Source: Bugula neritina (taxonomy: Eukaryota > Animalia > Bryozoa). From it: DNA of 64,000 bases. The notes beneath the pieces are model-generated. The model was not told the origin of the DNA. It worked only from the letters and a program-made list of their open reading frames with translations, and did no database searches. The stretch's first letter is position 1, and each line of letters begins with the position of its first letter. The position numbers were made by a program, and so were the translations under genes. The stretch spans positions 1,798,001 through 1,862,000 of the forward strand of contig OZ037769.1 of the NCBI GenBank assembly GCA_964035545.1. The letters run 5' to 3'. Of this stretch, positions 55,722 through 64,000 are shown piece by piece.

Positions 55722-58700
55722 TCAACCAGGACAGGTATTTGCTGCTGCAGAAAGCTTCATGTTTGCTGCGCTGCCCTGCATGTTGGTATCTTGCTGTATC
55801 TGGTGCTCACTGTTGATCACTAGTGAGGGGGTGGTGTTAGCATCTCCGCCAGGCATTTCTAAGGTTTCAGTAGGTATTTGGGATTCCATGGCAGCAGCCT
55901 AGAAATCAATGAGACTTGGTATCAATGGATTCCATGGGAACCCCAGAAGCATGAATAACAGGTTTTCCTTTCCAGCAGGTTATTTGTTACTTGCACATTT
56001 TAGGAGCTATTTTGAGGACACAATAGTTGGGAGTGTGTCCATAGAAAGCCAATGATAGCCATAGCTACGTAATTAAGCGCTGGAGCATAGTGGTGTCTAA
56101 AATCAGCATCAAAAGGCTATACAGAAGTTATACATAAAGTACCTGAAGTGTGTCCATCTCCTGCAGAGGTGTAGACACCTGTTCCTGTACCACCACTTCG
56201 GCAGTGCGAGCATTCTTGGTTGCTGTTGCTGGGATTTGAAATGACACTTTGTGGGATTTAAGCCCACCTGAAAAGAGACCACAACAGGCATGTATGTACA
56301 CTTTTATACAGATACTACTGTGATGAGACTATCAGCTGTATTAATTAGACCATGTATTCAGATTTACTCTAATAGTAGTACAGTAAATAATCTTGTTAAA
56401 GAGGAAAGACAACTCCTCTATAAAGTAGAGAAGAGAGAACAACTATACTTGAGCACATAAAAGAAGCATCAATCACATACCATGTACGACTAGTATAGTC
56501 TCGATTGTGGTCTCAATATTTTCAGGCAGCATCTCTCCATCTTCTGACAGTGTCGGGGCAATGGCGTTGAGAGCTGAACAAATGAGCTGAGTAACGTTGG
56601 CCGAGCCGTTAGTGAGGTCGTGTATCGCCCCGAGTTTAATAGAAAAGTTTCCGGCTCCTTCCGCGTGACCTTGAGCATACTCTGTGGACGGCACCAAGAG
56701 AGACTGCAAGCAGAAGACATGACCTGATATAAGACAAACAGAGAACTTGTGACGTAGGCAGTGCGTGTCCTAGTAACACAGGTCAGTTAATATCAGTTGA
56801 TTTGATGTCAATAAATTATGTCAGGGCTGCAATAATTTGTTTGTAAAATATTTCAAATGACAAAAGCCGACTATAGAAATAAAATAATAAAAACAACCTG
56901 AAGATAGAAAGTCAGTGCTGGGTGCATTTACATGTTAGAGTAAAAGTACACAGAGAGAAGCAGTACCTCGTCTATTAGCCCGATCTCATGATCACGGAGA
57001 TGATTGCCAAAGAGAGTTTTATTGACGGTTCTGTAGGGGCACTTGGGGCAACTGAAGCACCTGTCAGATGCGGGGTGTTTGCTTTTCAGGTGCAGTTTTA
57101 GTGAGACAGCTTGTATACAGGCATAGGCACAGTGAGGGCACTTGTAGGGCTTGTCACCAGAGTGTCTCATACGGTGTCTCCTCATGGAGTTGTGGTCCCC
57201 TGTTACGTAATCACACTGGTCACACCTGCAAGGTAGAGTCAAGCTGAATAGGACAAGGAAAACATCTTATCACAATGCACCACCAGCTTGTTATTCTACT
57301 TGAAAGGTATTACAGTTTAGTCATATCAAATCTGCCTCCTTATAATATTATAATAAAAAATGATAAGCTGGTAGAAATAATATTGTGAGACGGGTTTACT
57401 ACTGACACCCCACTGACACCTTACTGAATATGAACAAGTAATATACTGACACCTTACTGAATATGAACGAGTGATAGACTGACACCTTACTGAATATGAA
57501 TAACTAATAGACTAATAATAGAATAGTACTAGTAAAGTGAGAGACTAACTTGAAGGGTTTTTCTCCAGTATGAGTTCTCATATGGAGCTGCATCATGGCC
57601 TTCCTGGCAGCTTTATGTCCACAAAACTTGCAGGTAAAAGGCTTCAGCTACAAGAAAATTATGTATTGGTCAATAATTTCAGCAAGTGTATATATAATAT
57701 AGTAAGTGTATGCATGTGCTGATATAACGGAGAAAAGGAGCACAAGGAAAGAGGGTAAAGGTCACTCACCTTCTCGTGTACAGCCTCGATATGACACTGG
57801 AGAGACTTCTGGTTAGCGAACGTTCTCTTACAGATACCACAGGCCACCTGCACGAACCAATGTCTCCCTGACATGCTCTCCTTCTCCTTGACATCCACCC
57901 CCGCAACGTGGACCAGAGAGTGGTTCTTGAGCTGCGCCTGCTGCTTGAACCCCTTCTGACAGATCTCACAGACGAACGGCTTCTCGCTGCCGTGTGTCTG
58001 CTGGTGTATGAGCAGTTTACTCTTCACAGTGGCTCTGTAGTCGCACTGGTCACAGGCCAGCATTCCCAAGTCAATCTGCAAACAGACGGCTAGACTAAAC
58101 TAAAAGAGTGGCGGGGGGGAGGGGAGAGCAGTGTGTGTTCATCCTCTGCTGCGTTAATAAAATCCAGACTATTTTAGCAATGACACGCCTCACCGAGTGC
58201 TCTTTCCAGGCGTGCTGTTTAAACTCCACCCACACCAGCGTCTTGAACTGGGATCCCTCCTTGCACTCCGTCTCCGGACATGTGAAGAAGGGGTGTCCAT
58301 TCTCATCCACCTCTTTACTGTGCGTCATGTTGTGGTACACGAGATGGTCCTCTTTCACAAACCTGTGGAATACATAAACAGCAATTTCAAATCGAGGCTT
58401 CAGTTTCATCCAATTAAATCACTCCACCATTACTGTAGTTAGCCAATCACACAGCCAGTGTTATTTAGCCCCACCTTGCCCTGCACTGGTCACACTTGAA
58501 TGGGTAGTCGAGAGATCTCTGTAGAGGACTGCTGGACCGTCGGCGACTGTAGAACTGAGAGTCTGTCATGTCTTTAGTCCGTCTGGGAATGAGATAGTCG
58601 TCTCTCAGGTGTCTGGGGGCTCTTCTCTTTCTCTTACCGGGAATCTCTATCTCCACGTACCTGAGGTGGTAAACTCACATGTGACATGGGCAGAGCTAAG

Positions 58701-60635
58701 GAAGATACATATACATAGAATGTCACACCTGCTACAGACTATCACACCTGCTACAGACTATCACACCTGCTGCAGACTATCACACCTGACACATAGCGTC
58801 TCATGTGACATGTAGAATATCTTACGTGACATTGGTGTTTGTCTCATCTGTGTAGACTATTTCTGCGTCAGCCTCATCATCCGTGACATCAGAGGCAGTG
58901 GGCGGGGCTTGGCCTGATGCCAACTCCACGGAAACCAGAGGCTGCCGACTGTCTTTCTTAGCCAACTCTTCCAGCTCGGCCTTAGACTTGCGACCAACCT
59001 TCTTCCTGACCACCTGTTATACCAGAACTCAGACTATATACTGTATACTCAGACTACATACTGTATACTCAGACTATATACTGTATACTCAGACTATATA
59101 CTGTATACTCAGACTACATACTGTATACTCAGACTATATACTGTATACTCGTTACACTATCGTTGCTCACAAACTAACCTGAGTAGACATGCTGACTCTA
59201 CCATCTGGCCGCTCCTCTCTGCCAGAAATAATAGTATTAGTGTCTTTTTCAGCAGAGAGCAGAGTGGCAGCGGGGTCACCCGTGTTCTCAGTCTGAGAAC
59301 TGAAGTCTAGGTCAAGGACAATGGCAGCTGGCGAATCAGAGATGACTCCTATTTCTAACTTATGAGCTTCCACCATGTGCTTCTTGCATTTCTCTACATC
59401 CTGCAGTAAATGGATAGGAGAATATCTGTAAGCTGATTGGCTGATGAGAGTCGAGGAAAGAGATGCAGTATAATTACTAAATATACGTAGACATGAGTTA
59501 ACATGGCTGTACCTCGAAACTGGAATGACAACTCCCACAGATGAAAGCTCCTTTAGACTCTAAGGCTGAGTTCTTGTTCAGGAAAACCTGTGACTGATTC
59601 TCTCCGGAATCGAGATAGACGACCTTGACATACGACAAACACCGATAACTGCAGCAGCTTATACAAAGTGTTACAGCACAAAGGTAGGCTGCAAACTTGA
59701 AGTAACATTTACACACAGAGTCATTCAGTTGAGACTAGTGAGGCTAGAGTTGTGTAATTAAATTAACGCGTCTGTATTCTTGGTTTAGTCATTCCAAAAT
59801 AGTTAAATACTGTGAAGATAATAAAATGATAACACGAGACATCCAGCAGTATTTATGTTATTATGTTATCAAACAACTATACTATCAGTCTAGATGAAGC
59901 AATATATTTCTAAATTAAGAGTTGTCCTACATGAGGATACTACAGTCTAGAAAACAGTAAGCCATATTACCTGCTCTGTGGGATTCCCATTGACAAATTT
60001 CTGTATATTAACTGGCTGTATACTGCTACCGGCAATATAAGACCCGGTGTTTCCAGTTTCATCTACTAAACCAGCCAGAATGGCGGCTGTCTGTGCATCA
60101 GCCCCCTCACCAACAGCAAGTTCTGGAGACTTAGTCTACATAAAGCATTTAGGGGACTGAGTCTATTCAAAGCATTTGATAAACCTTTATAATTCAGATG
60201 TAGTTAACTATTAATTTAGTTCACCAACAACACTTACACATCTCAGTTTAAAAGTTTACTTTATTTAAAACTGTTGCAATTATTTAGTGAGCGTTAACAA
60301 GCAGGCATGGGGTGGTGTCTCTTTTTAATACATTTCAAAGTCCAAACGCACAGCACGTCTATAAAATATACGTGTATTTTTAAAAGTTCACCACTGCCAC
60401 TAAAACATTTAGAAACATTTGATGCTGAAATGCAGAGTTTTTCAAGCTGAATGTTAATAGAAATTATCTTAATACTACATACATCGAGAGGTGCGCCCGA
60501 GCTTTTTGCTGACGTGGATGGAAGATGTTCCGTTTTTACGTGGTCAAATAACTCCGTCTGTTTCGAGCAAACAAATTCACAAACCTTGCATTTGAAGGTC
60601 GTGATAACATCCATAAACTGTGACATGACATCCAT
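55722..60635 (-). CDS. C2H2 zinc-finger protein (11 fingers)
   Basis: Phase-consistent exons (minus): 60635-60483, 60135-59971, 59623-59513, 59400-59179, 59013-58826, 58660-58475, 58362-58194, 58075-57770, 57647-57550, 57225-56967, 56703-56481, 56267-56143, 55898-55722. Example fingers: CEICQKGFKQQAQLKNHSLVH, CKFCGHKAARKAMMQLHMRTH-TGEKPF, CDQCDYVTGDHNSMRRHRMRH-SGDKPY. Confidence 0.9.
57411..57500. repeat. ~33-nt repeat x3 (ctgacaccttactgaatatgaa)
   Basis: Seen directly. Confidence 0.8.
58723..59150. repeat. Intronic 19-nt (58723-58790) and 20-nt x6 (59027-59150) tandem repeats
   Basis: Units cacacctgctacagactat and actcagactatatactgtat. Confidence 0.85.
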
Positions 60636-62129
60636 TTTGATTTTTCTGGATTTCCAGTTATTAACTATTAAGGTTGTAAATTTACCATTCCTATACTAGA
60701 AGTAGAAAGTGCATGGTGATGGTTAAAATTATATCAAGACAAATGCATTGCAAAACAAACAGAAAATCACAAGGTATATAGGGCATATAATAAACATGAT
60801 TATGTATACTCCAAGTAATTTTTAGACAAAATAAAATTTACGAAAGCAATAAAATGGAGTTATTGTCTCGTACAGGTTCCTCTGAGCGCCATTTTAACTG
60901 GCTGCCAAACTTTAGTCTCTAATAACGAGGTTTGACATATGTTTTTACAAGTATCACTACAGCGTTATATGTAGTTAAATATTTACTACAAAAATTTGAT
61001 TTCTAAACTAAATAGCTCATAACAAATATATAAATAAGTCAAAATAAGTTGAAATAAAACAAAAAGTAACTTACGAAATTTAAGACTTATCTTGCTCGGC
61101 ACTGAATTTGATTGGCATTGTGATTAGCTCGTCAAAAACGCACCGGCAATTATTCTACTCGATATCAAAGTTAGAAGACATATAAATTTAAAAACAATTT
61201 TTATCTACAATTATTTATTTACAAAAAAGTTATTTACAATATTGTTTTTGTATACATTTTCACATTTCTCTGCTTAATGAGGATAATGATAGAAATAGTT
61301 TTCGATTTCTAAAAATATTTTTAAAGAGTTGTCAGCTTTTTTTTCATTGCATATCGTAATGATGACACATTAAAGGTCTAACAAGATTACGTGTTCAATG
61401 TTCACACATCGATTTTGTAGCAATCTTGAATTATAAAAATGCAAAATAATTGACGTGGAAGCTGGATCCAAACAAACTTCAAGGCTTTGGTATAGATTGA
61501 AAAATTACTGAAATACTAAATCATTGTAACTGTCACTGTGTATGTGTCTGTGTGCTTGTTGTGTTATTACTTATTAGAGTCCGAGTAAGATTGAGACTTG
61601 GACTAAGACTAAGAGGAAGAGTAAACTAAAACCAAGACTCCTACTCTTAGTCTAAATCTTACTCTTACGAACTGTAACTGTAAGACTAAGAGTAACTGTA
61701 AGAGTAGGTGTAACGTAAACCATTAACTGAAACTCCAAGACTGTTACTTATAGTTATACTTTAAGTATATTATTATCATTATTATCATTATGCTTATTGA
61801 TATTACATTATTATATTTATTTATTATATATATTTATTTAATATTATTATATCTATTTTTAATATCTATACTTAAAATATATATACTTAAATTCTTATAC
61901 TTAGTCTTGTGCCTAACACTGACAGTAAATCAGTAAGTGTAAGTATGACTATCACTATAAGTATAAGTATAAGTTATCACTATTACTATAAGTGTAAGTA
62001 ATAAATATTACTAGTATTACTATAATTATAAGTATAAGTATTGCTCTTATTCTTACTATTAGTACAAGCATTAATATAGCTATAATTATAATAATAATAC
62101 TAACAGTAACTATTACTATTACTATTAGA

Positions 62130-63690
62130 CTTCATCTCATCATCTCATCTAATTAATCTCACTCGGAGCGCTTTGGCTCCTTTATCGAGATGCAGTGGTG
62201 TATGAACAATTGTTTAAATTATCAGTAGTAAGGAAGAAAACCATTTTGTCTACGAGATAAGAATATAGTTAATTATGCTTTGATTCAAAGCTCAATAGCT
62301 AGCTACTGCCAGGAGAGAAAAAAAGAAAAAAAAAACAAAAAAAAAAACAAATAAATAAATAAATATACACCGCACAGCTTCAGATGATATAAAGCAGACT
62401 CGGTGTAAAGTGCTTATAATCAGTTAGGCAAAGCAGCTAGAATCATTAGAAAAGTTTATGGATGCGATGTTTATATGAATGTTTGGCAGTTTTGGTATTG
62501 ATATTGCCCTTAATAGCACCATGTCTGGTATTGTGAGACTTTGCAAAATGAAGGGAGAACCGGTCTTGGTCTATAGCGGCACTACCAGAAAGCATACGAA
62601 AGTACATTTTTTGGTCTGCATTATCACGTCTTTGTGCAAGGCTATCCCAATTAGAATTTGTCATGAGCTCAGTTATATGATCTCGTTTTCTCTTACAGAA
62701 TGCCCACCTGAAGGCTTTTCTATTTATACCTTCTATGATGTTGATGTTTTTCAATTTAAATGGAGACCAGGTGTGGGTCGCAAATTCTAGTATAGGGCGA
62801 CAGACTGTTTTATAAGCTATGGCTCTGGTTTTACTTTTAGCCTTTTTTAGACAGCGCATCAGCATGTGTAATAATTTATTAGCTTTTGAGCAAATGTTTA
62901 TTATATGTTGATCGAATGACAGTTTATTATCAATCGTGACACCAAGGTATAATACTTTGTCAACACATTGTAAGGGGTCATTATTCATGCTGTATTGAGA
63001 CACTAGAGGATTTACAGTGGAGCGTTGAATTGTCATATGCTCACATTTATTTATATTGAACTTCATCTGAGAACTGTCTGCCCAAGTTATAAGATGGTCC
63101 AAGTCATTCTGAAATAAACTAGAATCAGCAGGTGTTGTGATTGGTTTGTACAACAAGGAATCATCTGCATATAGTTTAAGCTTGCTGTTGGCTACCACAG
63201 AGTGCATGTCATTTATGTACACATTAAATAACAATGGTCCTAATACACTGCCTTGGGGCACTCCTGAGGTCACATGTCTAGTGGCCGATTTGACGTTGTT
63301 GACACAGACTGAAAGAAGACGGCTCTGAAGCCATGAAAAAATCCACTTGACAGTTTTATCAGCTATTCCGATATTTAGCAGTTTAACCTGTAGTTTATGG
63401 TGCGACACAACGTCAAAGGCCTTTGAAAAATCCAAGACAGCGAGGTCAACCGGTATCATTTCGTCGAAAAAATCTATAAATTCACTCACGGTATTCAGCA
63501 ACTGAGTATCGCAGCCATGATTTGTCCTGAAGCCATGTTGGTGTGGATAAAACAGGTCATTTGATTCGAGGAAACAGTTGATATTATGTGATACGATATG
63601 CTCGAAGATTTTGGATATGATAGAAGTGAGTGATATTGGCCTGTAATTCAGCGGGTCTGTACGACTTCCTTTCTTGAAGATCGGTATTGC
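62130..63690 (-). mobile_element. 5'-truncated non-LTR retrotransposon (CR1/L2-group LINE)
   Basis: RT motifs PIFKKG, NYRPISLTS, QHGFR, LDFSKAFD, SGVPQGSVLGPLLF, YADD, FNINKC and YLGV. The 3' UTR ends (minus strand) with a small hairpin, ggagc-caaagc-gctcc, and a GATGA-type short repeat tail. No endonuclease domain remains. Confidence 0.92.
62446..63690 (-). CDS. LINE ORF2 reverse transcriptase (N-terminally truncated)
   Basis: The frame is open from 63690 (AIPIFKKGSRTDPLNYRPISL) to the stop at 62446, extending the listed ORF by 63 codons. No native start codon. Confidence 0.85.
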   Translation of the reverse strand, partial: AIPIFKKGSRTDPLNYRPISLTSIISKIFEHIVSHNINCFLESNDLFYPHQHGFRTNHGCDTQLLNTVSEFIDFFDEMIPVDLAVLDFSKAFDVVSHHKLQVKLLNIGIADKTVKWIFSWLQSRLLSVCVNNVKSATRHVTSGVPQGSVLGPLLFNVYINDMHSVVANSKLKLYADDSLLYKPITTPADSSLFQNDLDHLITWADSSQMKFNINKCEHMTIQRSTVNPLVSQYSMNNDPLQCVDKVLYLGVTIDNKLSFDQHIINICSKANKLLHMLMRCLKKAKSKTRAIAYKTVCRPILEFATHTWSPFKLKNINIIEGINRKAFRWAFCKRKRDHITELMTNSNWDSLAQRRDNADQKMYFRMLSGSAAIDQDRFSLHFAKSHNTRHGAIKGNINTKTAKHSYKHRIHKLF

Positions 63691-64000
63691 TATTATATTT
63701 ATTGTAACTAAAATTGAGTCTCAACTTTAAGTTTAATTGTAAGTATTAGTATTAATATTACTATTAGATTTGCTTTAATTTTAAGTAATAAATTTAATAG
63801 TATTATCATTTTCATTATGGTTATGTATTTAATTATAAGTATTAATATAAAACTAGGTATAAATATTAGTAAATAAGTATACTCTTGCTCTTAGTATTAC
63901 TAATACTATTAGAGTATTATTAACTCAGCATTGTAAGTGTATAGTAAATATTAATATTAAGTGACTCTAACTAATAGTATTGTTATCAGTATCACTATGA

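Noticed and set aside
62317-62365. Poly(A) tail of the LINE
   Set aside because: The element is on the minus strand, so this is a U-rich stretch inside its 3' UTR. The true end is near 62130.

Overview
AT-rich, intron-rich eukaryotic DNA, most consistent with an invertebrate animal (the taxon cannot be fixed from sequence alone). I reconstructed four spliced genes by hand, checking reading-frame phase at each junction. (1) A minus-strand TRIM/RBCC gene (RING, two B-boxes, coiled coil, probable beta-propeller; 4899-9960). (2) A large plus-strand tensin gene (PTEN-like PTP, C2, long disordered middle, SH2, PTB; 17447-50674). (3) An SRSF10/SRSF12-like SR splicing factor (52791-55326) with a clear U12-type AT-AC intron. 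(4) A convergent minus-strand gene with 11 C2H2 zinc fingers (55722-60635). A 5'-truncated CR1/L2-group LINE with an uninterrupted reading frame lies at about 62130-63690. The window also holds two tRNA-like repeat copies, small MITE-like hairpins and many intronic minisatellites. The most notable observations are: tandem repeats that repeatedly duplicate real splice sites; the SRSF10 minor intron, whose 5' site overlaps a second perfect U12 branch motif and which contains nested U2-type signals; duplicated and hidden exons in the tensin middle region; a repeat-built array of 10 AP-1 sites; and IRF-like motifs near the TRIM 5' end. All exon calls are manual and have no transcript support.
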